From a virus, in IMG/VR virus record IMGVR_UViG_3300031772_000002, positions 1 to 64,000 of that record: 64,000 bases of DNA. One strand, given 5' to 3'. Position numbers and translations under genes: made by a program. Numbering within the stretch: the first letter of the stretch is position 1; each line of letters begins with the position of its first letter. Below, piece by piece: positions 1 through 10,263 of the stretch. Below the pieces are notes generated by a model. That model saw only the letters and a program-made list of their open reading frames with translations, was not told where the DNA came from and did not search any database.

Positions 1-227
1 GTATCTACTGCATACCAATTATACAATGCACCATACTTTTCTTTATTGGCAATATCATTATTATACCAACAATATGCTGGTGTTTTAATATTTTTCCACT
101 TATTATTACCTTCTACTAAAGGTATATCAGAACCATCATTATACTTCGTTACCTTTAGATTTTCCGCCATCCATTCTTGGTCGCCAATCTTGACTGTATT
201 GTAAACATTTCCTTCAATGTCTATCAT
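1..227 (-). CDS. FISUMP (Fibrobacter succinogenes major paralogous) domain protein, runs off window edge
   Basis: Not in ORF track; manual translation from ATG 227 (AGGAG RBS upstream): MIDIEGNVYNTVKIGDQEWMAENLKVTKYNDGSDIP...AYCWYNND...YGALYNWYAV. Confidence 0.85.
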   Translation of the reverse strand, partial: MIDIEGNVYNTVKIGDQEWMAENLKVTKYNDGSDIPLVEGNNKWKNIKTPAYCWYNNDIANKEKYGALYNWYAVD

Positions 228-270
228 AATGTGCTCCTTAAGAATTGTTAATGGTAAATTCCATTAACAT

Positions 271-290
271 TATAGTTATACCAGATAATA
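271..290 (-). promoter_or_regulatory. Putative phage promoter motif (minus strand TGGTATAACTATA)
   Basis: Similar motif recurs upstream of other minus-strand units (2215, 19121, 19521, 53377, 60934). Confidence 0.5.
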
Positions 291-339
291 AGGATTAATA
301 AATAAAAAATAAATTTTCGCATCTCCCTTCAAAATAAAT

Positions 340-368
340 TTGATTTTTTCAAATAAATGAAGTATATT
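340..368 (+). promoter_or_regulatory. Sigma70-like promoter for tnpB (TTGATT-17-TATATT), likely leaderless mRNA
   Basis: TTGATT 340-345, TATATT 363-368, ATG 375. Confidence 0.5.
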
Positions 369-374
369 AATAAT

Positions 375-1451
375 ATGAAACTGACACTTCAAATTAAACT
401 TCTGCCGACGAATGAACAATCAAAGAGTCTTGGGAAAACCCTGAAGGCTTGTAATGCCACTTGCAATGATATTTCTGAAACAGCATGGCAGACAAAAACA
501 TTCAATCAGTTTAAGCTTCATAATCTGGTTTACCATCAACAAAAAGAATTTTCGCATCTTACAGCACAAGCTATTGTTCGTTGTATTTCCAAGGTATCCG
601 ATTCTTATAAGCTCGATAAAAATGTTAAACGAATTTTCAGGCTTGAAGGTGGTATTACCTATGATTCCCGCATCCTTTCGTATAAAGAGAATGTTGTTTC
701 GATCTGGTCTGTCGATGGAAGATTGAAGATTTCGTTTGTCTGTCACAATCAGAAATATCTTCCTCACATTAAAGGTGAAGCCGACCTTATTACCAAAAAG
801 GGCAAATGGTTTCTTTTTCAGACCGTTGAAATACCAGAAGAAATTATACATAATATCGAAGAATTTATCGGAGTAGACTTTGGCATTATCAATATTGCCA
901 CGCTGTCTTCCGGTGAAATAATGTCCGGCAAAGAGCTTGAAACATACAGAGAAAAACGTCAGAAGATTCGTTCGAGTCTCCAATCCAAAGGCACAAAGGG
1001 CTGCAAAAAGGTCTTGAAACGGCTTTCGGGAAAAGAGAAACGAACAACTTCTATCGTGAATCACACTATTGCAAAGAAAATCGTTGCGAATGCTGTACAG
1101 GAAAATAAGGGAATTGCTCTTGAAAAGCTTAAAGGTATTTGCAAATCCGCCAATAATAAGGGAAAGAAATTTCGTTCCCGCGTTGGCAAATGGAATTTTG
1201 CAGACCTTCGGACAAAGATTGAGTATAAAGCAAAACTTAATGGCGTTCCTGTAATCGCCATTAATCCAGCATATACTTCGCAGACATGTTCTCATTGTCA
1301 TAATCTTGGTTCCCGAAACGGCGAATCTTTTAAATGTCCGCATTGTGGTTTTGAAACACATGCGGATGTTAATGCAGCTAAGAATATCGGGGCAGCTGTA
1401 AATCTGCCTGAAAAATCGGTTAAAGAACATAAGGTTCCTAATCAGGTTTAA
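375..1451 (+). CDS. tnpB: IS200/IS605-family TnpB RNA-guided endonuclease
   Basis: MKLTLQIKL start, RuvC-I GVDFG, RuvC-II IALE, YTSQTCSHC..CPHCG zinc finger, HADVNAAKNI RuvC-III; start moved from 357 to 375. Confidence 0.93.
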   Translation: MKLTLQIKLLPTNEQSKSLGKTLKACNATCNDISETAWQTKTFNQFKLHNLVYHQQKEFSHLTAQAIVRCISKVSDSYKLDKNVKRIFRLEGGITYDSRILSYKENVVSIWSVDGRLKISFVCHNQKYLPHIKGEADLITKKGKWFLFQTVEIPEEIIHNIEEFIGVDFGIINIATLSSGEIMSGKELETYREKRQKIRSSLQSKGTKGCKKVLKRLSGKEKRTTSIVNHTIAKKIVANAVQENKGIALEKLKGICKSANNKGKKFRSRVGKWNFADLRTKIEYKAKLNGVPVIAINPAYTSQTCSHCHNLGSRNGESFKCPHCGFETHADVNAAKNIGAAVNLPEKSVKEHKVPNQV

Positions 1452-1630
1452 AGCCCACGGATTTATCCGTGGGATATTTACAATTACTCCTTATATTTTT
1501 TTATTAATAATTAAAAAAAACGGGTAATATGCCACTCTATCCGTGGGTCGATATAACACCCCGTTTTAATATGTTATATCCAAGCCTCTACCACAGTAGA
1601 AGCAAAATGACTAGAGAAATCATATTTTTT

Positions 1631-2110
1631 TTATCCTTTCTCTAAAAATCTAATACTTTTTACAATCGATCCGAGCTCAATTGAGCCACGGTTATTCATT
1701 AACAGCCATTTTTCGCCAGATTCAGACTCTATTCGTGCGGTCTGGCCGTTGTATAGGATAATAATCGAATCCACATATGTAAGTCCAGATCCGGTAGCAA
1801 CGATTTCCCACTTCCCTGTCGTTGACCAATTTCCTAGCACCTTAGCCTCAGTTATATCTGAGGATGTCAGAATTCTCAGTAGTATTGCTTTGGAGTCTCC
1901 ATCAGATTTTCTGATAACTGTTTTCTTGAAAGTTCCATATTCACTGGACGCTTCTGCGTCCATTACCAGTCCGTTTATTAGAGTTGGGGGATTTTTCTGA
2001 TCGAATTGCAACTTAGTTTGTTTCTTGGAGGTTTCTCCAAGAATTATTCCTTTGGAATTTGCTAATATCCCTTCCACCACGTCTCCATTGTGAAATGTAA
2101 AACATTTCAT
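1631..2110 (-). CDS. Hypothetical protein
   Basis: ORF; start moved to ATG 2110 following AGGAG RBS. Confidence 0.6.
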   Translation of the reverse strand: MKCFTFHNGDVVEGILANSKGIILGETSKKQTKLQFDQKNPPTLINGLVMDAEASSEYGTFKKTVIRKSDGDSKAILLRILTSSDITEAKVLGNWSTTGKWEIVATGSGLTYVDSIIILYNGQTARIESESGEKWLLMNNRGSIELGSIVKSIRFLEKG

Positions 2111-2331
2111 ACTTTTTACTCCTTTTTGTGATAGGTAAATTTTAATAATTTTTTTATCAATACACACAAAGTAGTGTGTTGATGATTTTAAAACATATAA
2201 TTAAATCATTCTATTATAGTTATTACATATTTTTGAAGATAATCACATTTTTGTAAAATGTTAAAATTGCTATAGTGTAACATTAATTGTATATTATAGA
2301 TATAATATTAATTTATTTAGGATTATAAATT

Positions 2332-5300
2332 ATGAATCTAAAGGAACAACAGACTCTTAATAAAATTCTTCAGATGACTAATGACGCTCGTGGAAATGTT
2401 TTATTAAATACAACTGTATCTGATACTGTAAAAAAAATTTTAAATTCTGTAGAAGATGATGATATAAAATTAAAAGTTAATAAAATTTTTGTTAATGAAA
2501 AATTTGATAATAAAGATATTGAATCTCAGATGACAGTAAGGAATAAAAATCAAATATGGGCAAATGATTTAAGAGCCGATCTTGAAATTATAGATAAAAA
2601 AACAGGCAAATCAATTGATAAAGTTCAAAATCTTAAAATTACTACAATTCCAAAAATAACCGATAGAGGAACATATCTTATTAATGGGAATGAATATGTT
2701 TTTACTAAACAGTCAAGACTTAAGCCCGGTGTATATACAAAAAGACAATCAAATGGTGAAATAAGTTCATTTTTTAATGTTGATAAAACTATAGATTTTG
2801 ATAGAGGATTTAATAATAATTTTAAATTGAATTTTGAACCGGAAACTAAAATATTTACAATGGGATATGGAAATAAAAATATTCCACTTATTAATGCTTT
2901 AAAAGTTATTGGAGTAAGTCCAAGTGAATTAATTAAAAAATGGGGACAGCAAGTTTACGATGCAAATTCTAAATCTTATGATAAGCATGAATTGAGGGAT
3001 CAGAATAAGTTATATGAAGCGGTTTTTGGAATTGCTCCTGCAAATAATATAAATAATGATACAATAAGAAGTCAAATAAAAGAAAGATTATTTGCGACAA
3101 ATCTTGATCCTGAAACAACAAAAATAACTTTGGGAAAATCATATACAAATGTTAATAAAGATGTTATTCTTGATGCGTCTAAAAAGATTATTGATATTAA
3201 TAAAGGTGAGATAGAATCTGATGATCGTGAATCTTTAGTGTTTAAATCTTTTTTTGATGTAGAAGATCATATACGTGAACGTCTTGTTAAAAACAGTAAT
3301 AAAATAATTAATAACATTAAGTATAAGTTAAAAAAAAATAAATTTATAAATAAATCAATTAGCGCTCAGTCTTTTGATCCTTTTGTTGTTGGAACAATTA
3401 CTACTAGTCAATTATCAACACCTCCTGAACAAACAAATATAATGTCTATTATCGGAGGGTCGTCTAAGTTTACTGTTATGGGAGAAGGTGGAATTGGATC
3501 AACAAATGCTATAACTAATGATATTAGAAAAATTTCTAATAGTGAAGTTGGATTTGTAGATCCTCTTCATACTCCTGAAGGGCAGGCTATTGGAGTTGCC
3601 GTTCATACATCTGTTGATACAATAAAGGTTGGTAATAATTTATATTCGAAAATGTTAAAAAAGAATGGTGAGAAAGTTCTTTTATCTCCTCAAGATGTTT
3701 GGGATAAAAATGTAGCATTTCCTGATGAATATGATGTAACTAAAAAGATTCCTGTTCCTAAAAATAATAAAATAAAAGTTGTAAATCAAGGAAAAATAAA
3801 AAGTGTTAACAGTTCTGATGTCGATGTAATAATAGCCAATCCTATTGGAATGTTTGATTCGTCTGTTAATATGATTCCATTTCTTAATTCTATTCAAGGT
3901 AATAGGGGATTGACTGCATCAAAAATGCAAGAACAGGCTCTTCCTTTAAAATATAGAGATAAGCCATTATTTAATATTGTTGATGAAAATGGAAGAAATT
4001 TTGGAAAAAATATTGCAAGCATTATAGCACTTCCCAAGTCTCCTGTTGATGGAATTGTTGAGGATGTTAATGAAAATAAAATTATTATTAAAGATAAAAA
4101 TAAAAATAAATATACTATTCAGTTATATAATAATTTTTCTTTAAATGGAGAGAGTTTTTTACATAATGAATCTAAGGTAAAAATAGGTGATTCTGTTAAA
4201 CAGGATGATGTTCTTGCCGATAATAATTTTACGAAAGATGGTAATATAGCTATTGGAGCTAATTTAAAAGTTGCTTATGTTCCTTATAAAGGTTATAATT
4301 TTGAGGATTCGGCTATCATTTCAGAGAGTGCTGCTAAAAAATTAACATCTGAACATATGTATGATTTTAAAACTAAAAGAACTTCTAATGGAGTTTTTTC
4401 GCGTGATAAATTTAAAGCATATTATCCTGAAGTATTACCATTAAATAAATCAAAAAAATTAGACAGCGATGGGGTTATTAAGGTTGGAGAAACGGTGGAA
4501 AGGGATGATGTTGTTATAGCTCATCTTGAAAAAAAATCACCTACGTCAGATGATATAATTTTAGGAAGGCTTGACAAGCAATTAAAAAGAGATATGTCTA
4601 ATAATGCTTTGCTATGGGATAAAGATGTAATAGGAGTTGTAAAAAAAGTTACTAAAAGTGGAAATAATGTAGTTGTTAATATAAAGACTGAAGAGCAGTT
4701 AAAGGTTGCTGATAAAATATCTGGATTACATGGAAATAAACATATCATTTCTAAAATTGTTCCTGATGATGAGATGCCTTATAATTTGGAAACTGGAGAA
4801 AAAATTGATTTAACAATGAGTCCTTTAGGAGTTTCAAATAGAATAAATACATCTCAATTACTTGAAGCTGCAGTGGGAAAATTAGTAAGTAAAACAGGAA
4901 AAACTTATGATATAAATAATTTTTCAGGGGAAGATAATTCTCGTAAAATTATTAGTGAGTTAAAAAAAGAAGGATTGTCTGATAAAGATATTTTAGTTGA
5001 TCCTGAAACTAAAAAACCGTTATTGAATCCTGTTGCTACTGGAACTGCTCATATTTTAAAACTTGAACATATTGTTGATCATAAATTTTCAGCTCGATAT
5101 AAAGATAGTTACGATGCTAATGAGCAGGCTGCTACTGGTGGTATAACAGGAGGAAAAAATTTAGGTAGAATGGAAATGGCTGCTCTATTAGCAAGAGGAG
5201 CTAATGAAAATTTAAGAGAAATGTTTCAGATTAAAGGTCAAAAAAATGATGAATATTGGAGAGCTATGGAAACCGGCCAAAGTCTTCCTCCACCTAAAAA

Positions 5301-8300
5301 ATCATTTGCATGGGACAAGATGTTGGCTATGATGTCAGGGGCTGGAATTAATGTTGAACAAAAGGGAAAAACATTTGCTTTAAAACCTATGACAGACAAA
5401 GATATTATTGAGATGTCTAGTGGAGAAATAACTAAACCTGAATTGTCATATCGTAAAAAAGACCTTGCTCCCATTAAAGATGGATTATTTGATCCTGTAA
5501 AAGCAGGAGGTTTGTATGGTAATAATTTTACTCATTTTAAACTTCCAGAACCTACATTAAATCCTATAACGACTTCAGCAACTGCAAATTTGTTAAATAT
5601 GCCTATTACTCATTTAGATAATATTTTAACAGGAAAAAAATTTATAGATAAGTCAAATGGTAAAATTGTTGAGCCTGGGTCTCCAAATTCTATATCAGGA
5701 GGGCCTGCAGTTAAACTTCTTCTTGAACGTATTAATGTAAAAAATGAACTTAAAAATGCTGAAGAAGATTCAAAAACAATAACCAATCCTACTGAACTTA
5801 ATAAGATACATAAAAAAATTCGTTATTTGAAATCGATTAAAGATAACAATATGAAACCTTCTGATTATATTATATCGAATGTTTTAGTTACTCCTTCAAA
5901 ATTTCGTCCTGTATTTCAAATTGGAACAGAAGGAACTGTTGTTGTATCTGATATTAATGATTTGTATCAACAAACCGCTTATACATCAAGTGCATTAAAG
6001 AATTTAAAAACAACTTTAGATGAATCTATTGATAATGAAGATATAAAAAATTTACAACTTGCAGAGGCTAGAGGGTCATTGTATAATGATTTAAAGGCTG
6101 TTGTCGGTATGGGTGATCCTACATCTTATTTGCATAAAGTAAAAAATAAGAAAGGATTTATTCCTCAAATTGACGGAGGCGCCACTAAACAAACTAAGGA
6201 AGGTTTTTTTCAGGATAAAGTTCTTGAACGTAGACAGGATTTAGTTGGAAGATCGACTATTATATTAAACCCTGAACTTGGCGGTGACGAATTGGGAATC
6301 CCCAAAATAATGGCTGGGAAAATTTTCCAGCCATTTATTATGAAGAAGATGGTTGAGTGGGGATATAAGCCCGTTGAGGCTCAGAAACTTATTAAGGATA
6401 ATGATCCTATATATCAGAGAGCATTACAGGTTGTAAGCGACGAGAGACTGGTTATAGCTAACAGGGCGCCTACATTGCATAGATGGAATATGACTGCATT
6501 TAAACCTAAATTAACTGATGGCAAATCTATTGAAGTTCCTGGCATAACAGTAGTAGAAAACATGGGTGGTGATTTTGACGGGGACTGTTGTTTTGGAGGA
6601 TTGTATATATCTATAGAAATTAATAAGTTAAATAAAGAAAATAAAAAAATTGATTTTGGAGATAAATTTTATAATAAATTTCTTGACACGGACAGTGAAA
6701 ATAGGTATATTAATACTAATGAACAATTTTTATTATTTATAAAATCATTGGAGGTTAATATGCCATGTCTTAATGAATTACCTGTTAATGTAAAAGATAA
6801 ATCAATACTTCATATTAATATTGCTGATTTTCCACGATTAACAGAAACTAAAGAAATAAAACAAAATGGTAATGAAATTTATAAAGTTCCTGAAGGGGTA
6901 TCTGTATTTTCTTTGGATAATGTTACTCATAAATTTATAGAACTTCCAGTTACTGAATTTTCAATTCATAAAAATATTTCAAATTATATAATTTTACTTT
7001 CAGATAGAAATGAATTATTACTTTCAAGTGATAAAAGTGCAATAGTATTGAATACAGATACTTTTAAATTAGAAAGTTGCTCTCCTAAAGATTTAATTGG
7101 AAAGGCAATTCCTAAAATTAAAAAAATTGAAATTAAACCATCATTGTTTGAAGTTAAATTAATTGATTATTCATTAAATAGTAAAAGTATAAAATGTAAA
7201 GATTCAATAGAATTAAATGAATCGGTTGGTCATTTTATAGGAATAATGATTGGTAATGGATGGATAAGTGATGATATGCGTATATGTATGGCTTCAGTAC
7301 ATGAAGATATAAAAAATCTTTTTAATGATACTATTAATAAAATGATGAAAGAAGATATAGGGATTTGTTCTATCGATTCTCCTCATTCATTTATGGGTTA
7401 TGATTGTTTTAGTACAAAACACACTAAAACAAGTATTTCTCTTGCACAAAATATTAAAATTTGGATTGGTCATTTGGCTAGAAATAAACATCTTCCTATA
7501 TTTTTTATGTCTACCTCAGAAGAGTTTCGTCTTGGCCTTCTATCCGGTCTTATAGATACGGATGGAACGTCTACATGGAACCATTCACAAGGTAAAAAAT
7601 CACAGTATATATTATTGTATTCTACGACGTCTGTACGTCTTGCGGAAGAAATAGTAACTCTTTCACGAACTCTTGGAATTTCAGCATCAATTACTTCTTC
7701 TGAACGTGATACATGTGTTGAGTATACTGTTGTATTTTCAACCCAAACTATTGTTGATAAAAAACTTAATTTTATAAATCCTGATAAAAAAGAAGCTTTT
7801 GAAAAATTTCAAGCAACAGGTGGCGAAACATCCGCTTCAATGGCTGCCAGACTTGATATGGTTCCTTTTAGTGATGATATGTATATAAAATTCAGGTTAC
7901 ATATAAAATCAAATAAATATCCTAACTTATATAGTTCAATGTATGATGCTGTAAATTCTGGATGTATATCAAGACCAACAGCTATTAAAATAATTACTAT
8001 ACTGCCTAAAGGTATTGCGGATGATAGATGGATTGAAATAGTTAATAATAAAAATATTACATGGGTATATGCTAAAAATATAGAATTAAATAAAGAACTT
8101 CTTACCATGTATGATATAACAGCTCCTGGTTCATATACGTTTATGTTAAATAATGGTATTATTTGTCAAGACACATTTCAATTACATGTTCCTATTTCGT
8201 CAAAAGCTTTACAAGAGGCAGAATTAATGAAACCCTCTGCCAGTATGCTTAAAACCGGTTATGATACAGTTCTTAATAAGCCATCTCTTGATATAACTGC

Positions 8301-10257
8301 AGGAAGTTGGCTTGTCTCAAAAGGTAAAGGTGGAAAAGAAACCAATTTATCTTTTAATAATATAGACGATGCTCGTGAGTCTTTTAAAAATAATAAATTT
8401 ACTTATGGTGACAATGTGACTATTAATAATATAAAGGCTCCATTTGGTATGCATGAAATTAATTCTATAGTTCCTGATGATATGAAAAAATATAATATAG
8501 AATTAACAAGTAAAAATACCGAAGGATGGATTCGTGACGTAGTAAAAAAATATAATGGAAAACAGGCACTTGCCCTTGCGGACAAGATTAAAGATGTTGG
8601 AAATAATTATGTTACAACTTATGGATTGACATTAGGAGTATCAGATACCATTATTGATAAAAAATTTAAAGATAAATTAGTGTCTGATGCATGGGAAAAT
8701 GTTAGTAAGGATGATAGTTCTTCTATTGTTAAGTCATTTAATGAAGCGGTATCAAAAGGTATTAAAAAATTAGAATCTGATTATGATGAAAACACTATGG
8801 TTGGTATTGGTTTAAAATCAGGAGCAGGTAAAGGTATAAGTAATTTTGCATCTATAGCATTAATGCCTGGAATAGTTACGGATATAGATGGAGCCGCTGT
8901 TCCTGTTCCAATTACTAAATCTTATTCTGAAGGACTTAATACTTCTCAATATTGGGCCGCAGCTCATGGGGCAAGAAGTGGAAATATACAGAAATCAGTA
9001 CAATCGTTTAAGCCGGGATGGTTAACAAAAGATCTTACTAATTCTATTTATGAAACAAGAATTAACAGTGAAGATCCTGTCGATACGGTTGGTTTTGAAT
9101 TTAATATTGATGATAAGAAATCTATTATTAATAGATATTTGGCAAAAGACGTTAAAGATACTCATGGAAAAATTCTTGCAAAAAGAAATGATCTTGTCAA
9201 TAGTGATCTTGTAAATAAATTGAACAGTCATAAAGTAAAAAATATATTTGTACAATCACCTATTACCGATCCAACTCCAGGTGATGGATTTTCAAGTTAT
9301 TCTTATGGAGCTGATTATGATGGAAAATTACATAATATAGGTGATAATATAGGAATTATTTCCTCTCATACAATAACCGAACCTTCATTAAAATTAGCTA
9401 TGAAGGCTTTTCATACAGGAGGAACTGTAGCCGCAGGAAAAACTGGATCTGCATTTGATGTATTGGAAAGAGTCTTAAGATTTACTACAAATATACCTAA
9501 CAAATCAACCCTTGCAAGTATTGATGGGATAGTAAAAAATATTATTAAATCTCCTATTGGCGGATGGGATGTTGTATTGCAAAATGATAAAAAAGAAGAC
9601 GTTCATTATATAGATCCTAATACTGAGCTGCTTGTTAAAAAAGGTGATAAAGTATTTATGGGTGATAATATTTCAACAGGAACAACAAGTGTGCATGATG
9701 TTTTAAAATATAGAGGATTTAAAGACGCTCAAAAATTTCTTGTAAAAGAAATAAATAATATTAATGAAGGAAAGCTTGATTCAAGAGATATCGAGACTGT
9801 TGTTAGAGGTATAACGAATACAACAAGAATATTACATCCAGGATCAAGTACATACGCCCCTTATGATGTTGCTCCATTAACAACTGTAGAATATTATAAT
9901 AACAATAATAATAAAGAAGATGATATTGAAAATACTGAAGGCGATCATTTATCTCAAAATTATGGCATATACAAAAAAAATACTAAAATTACAAATAATA
10001 TTATTGAAGATTTAAGTAATAAAGGAGTTAAAAGAATAAATATTTTTAAAGATAAAATTAAACATGAACCATTTTTAACTCCTGCAGGAATAAGCGCAAA
10101 GGCTCAAACAAGCGAAGATTGGATTTCACGATTAGCACATAATAGAATAGCAAAAGTTCTTGAAGAAGGAACAACTCAGGGATTTAAAAGTGTTATTGAT
10201 CCTAATGTAGGAAATCCAATTACTCAACTTATTACAGGGGAATATGGAAAAAAATAA
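2332..10257 (+). CDS. DNA-directed RNA polymerase, fused beta + beta' subunits, intein-containing
   Basis: beta motifs GTYLINGNE, TPEG, YNFEDS, DKISGLHGNK, LKLEH, GRMEM; beta' motifs GLFDP, GRSTII, NRAPTLHR, DFDGD, EPSLKLAMKAFHTGG; beta/beta' junction about 5359-5376 with no stop. Confidence 0.95.
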   Translation: MNLKEQQTLNKILQMTNDARGNVLLNTTVSDTVKKILNSVEDDDIKLKVNKIFVNEKFDNKDIESQMTVRNKNQIWANDLRADLEIIDKKTGKSIDKVQNLKITTIPKITDRGTYLINGNEYVFTKQSRLKPGVYTKRQSNGEISSFFNVDKTIDFDRGFNNNFKLNFEPETKIFTMGYGNKNIPLINALKVIGVSPSELIKKWGQQVYDANSKSYDKHELRDQNKLYEAVFGIAPANNINNDTIRSQIKERLFATNLDPETTKITLGKSYTNVNKDVILDASKKIIDINKGEIESDDRESLVFKSFFDVEDHIRERLVKNSNKIINNIKYKLKKNKFINKSISAQSFDPFVVGTITTSQLSTPPEQTNIMSIIGGSSKFTVMGEGGIGSTNAITNDIRKISNSEVGFVDPLHTPEGQAIGVAVHTSVDTIKVGNNLYSKMLKKNGEKVLLSPQDVWDKNVAFPDEYDVTKKIPVPKNNKIKVVNQGKIKSVNSSDVDVIIANPIGMFDSSVNMIPFLNSIQGNRGLTASKMQEQALPLKYRDKPLFNIVDENGRNFGKNIASIIALPKSPVDGIVEDVNENKIIIKDKNKNKYTIQLYNNFSLNGESFLHNESKVKIGDSVKQDDVLADNNFTKDGNIAIGANLKVAYVPYKGYNFEDSAIISESAAKKLTSEHMYDFKTKRTSNGVFSRDKFKAYYPEVLPLNKSKKLDSDGVIKVGETVERDDVVIAHLEKKSPTSDDIILGRLDKQLKRDMSNNALLWDKDVIGVVKKVTKSGNNVVVNIKTEEQLKVADKISGLHGNKHIISKIVPDDEMPYNLETGEKIDLTMSPLGVSNRINTSQLLEAAVGKLVSKTGKTYDINNFSGEDNSRKIISELKKEGLSDKDILVDPETKKPLLNPVATGTAHILKLEHIVDHKFSARYKDSYDANEQAATGGITGGKNLGRMEMAALLARGANENLREMFQIKGQKNDEYWRAMETGQSLPPPKKSFAWDKMLAMMSGAGINVEQKGKTFALKPMTDKDIIEMSSGEITKPELSYRKKDLAPIKDGLFDPVKAGGLYGNNFTHFKLPEPTLNPITTSATANLLNMPITHLDNILTGKKFIDKSNGKIVEPGSPNSISGGPAVKLLLERINVKNELKNAEEDSKTITNPTELNKIHKKIRYLKSIKDNNMKPSDYIISNVLVTPSKFRPVFQIGTEGTVVVSDINDLYQQTAYTSSALKNLKTTLDESIDNEDIKNLQLAEARGSLYNDLKAVVGMGDPTSYLHKVKNKKGFIPQIDGGATKQTKEGFFQDKVLERRQDLVGRSTIILNPELGGDELGIPKIMAGKIFQPFIMKKMVEWGYKPVEAQKLIKDNDPIYQRALQVVSDERLVIANRAPTLHRWNMTAFKPKLTDGKSIEVPGITVVENMGGDFDGDCCFGGLYISIEINKLNKENKKIDFGDKFYNKFLDTDSENRYINTNEQFLLFIKSLEVNMPCLNELPVNVKDKSILHINIADFPRLTETKEIKQNGNEIYKVPEGVSVFSLDNVTHKFIELPVTEFSIHKNISNYIILLSDRNELLLSSDKSAIVLNTDTFKLESCSPKDLIGKAIPKIKKIEIKPSLFEVKLIDYSLNSKSIKCKDSIELNESVGHFIGIMIGNGWISDDMRICMASVHEDIKNLFNDTINKMMKEDIGICSIDSPHSFMGYDCFSTKHTKTSISLAQNIKIWIGHLARNKHLPIFFMSTSEEFRLGLLSGLIDTDGTSTWNHSQGKKSQYILLYSTTSVRLAEEIVTLSRTLGISASITSSERDTCVEYTVVFSTQTIVDKKLNFINPDKKEAFEKFQATGGETSASMAARLDMVPFSDDMYIKFRLHIKSNKYPNLYSSMYDAVNSGCISRPTAIKIITILPKGIADDRWIEIVNNKNITWVYAKNIELNKELLTMYDITAPGSYTFMLNNGIICQDTFQLHVPISSKALQEAELMKPSASMLKTGYDTVLNKPSLDITAGSWLVSKGKGGKETNLSFNNIDDARESFKNNKFTYGDNVTINNIKAPFGMHEINSIVPDDMKKYNIELTSKNTEGWIRDVVKKYNGKQALALADKIKDVGNNYVTTYGLTLGVSDTIIDKKFKDKLVSDAWENVSKDDSSSIVKSFNEAVSKGIKKLESDYDENTMVGIGLKSGAGKGISNFASIALMPGIVTDIDGAAVPVPITKSYSEGLNTSQYWAAAHGARSGNIQKSVQSFKPGWLTKDLTNSIYETRINSEDPVDTVGFEFNIDDKKSIINRYLAKDVKDTHGKILAKRNDLVNSDLVNKLNSHKVKNIFVQSPITDPTPGDGFSSYSYGADYDGKLHNIGDNIGIISSHTITEPSLKLAMKAFHTGGTVAAGKTGSAFDVLERVLRFTTNIPNKSTLASIDGIVKNIIKSPIGGWDVVLQNDKKEDVHYIDPNTELLVKKGDKVFMGDNISTGTTSVHDVLKYRGFKDAQKFLVKEINNINEGKLDSRDIETVVRGITNTTRILHPGSSTYAPYDVAPLTTVEYYNNNNNKEDDIENTEGDHLSQNYGIYKKNTKITNNIIEDLSNKGVKRINIFKDKIKHEPFLTPAGISAKAQTSEDWISRLAHNRIAKVLEEGTTQGFKSVIDPNVGNPITQLITGEYGKK
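6586..8172 (+). mobile_element. Intein with LAGLIDADG homing endonuclease (529 aa), Cys start, atypical Gln-Asp C-terminus, Thr at +1
   Basis: Removal restores GGDFDGD|TFQLHVP (cf. NADFDGDQMAVHVP); LAGLIDADG-like IGIMIGNGW and LLSGLIDTDG; end block MYDITAPGSYTFMLNNGIICQD. Confidence 0.9.
6683..6762 (+). promoter_or_regulatory. Internal sigma70-type promoter and RBS inside the intein
   Basis: TTGACA 6683-6688, 17 nt spacer, TATATT 6706-6711, GGAGG 6750-6754, in-frame ATG 6760. Confidence 0.6.
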
Positions 10258-10263
10258 GTAATT

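Larger units (their letters stand above)
330..1481 (+). mobile_element. TnpB-only IS200/IS605-type element (left end approximate)
   Basis: Right-end hairpin CCCACGGAT-TT-ATCCGTGGG 1454-1473 then TTAC; no tnpA; codon usage differs from flanks. Confidence 0.6.

Noticed and set aside
420-1430. 336-aa antisense ORF
   Set aside because: Shadow of tnpB; no motifs
2332-10257. Cellular rpoBC locus
   Set aside because: No ribosomal-protein neighbours, strong divergence, surrounded by virion genes
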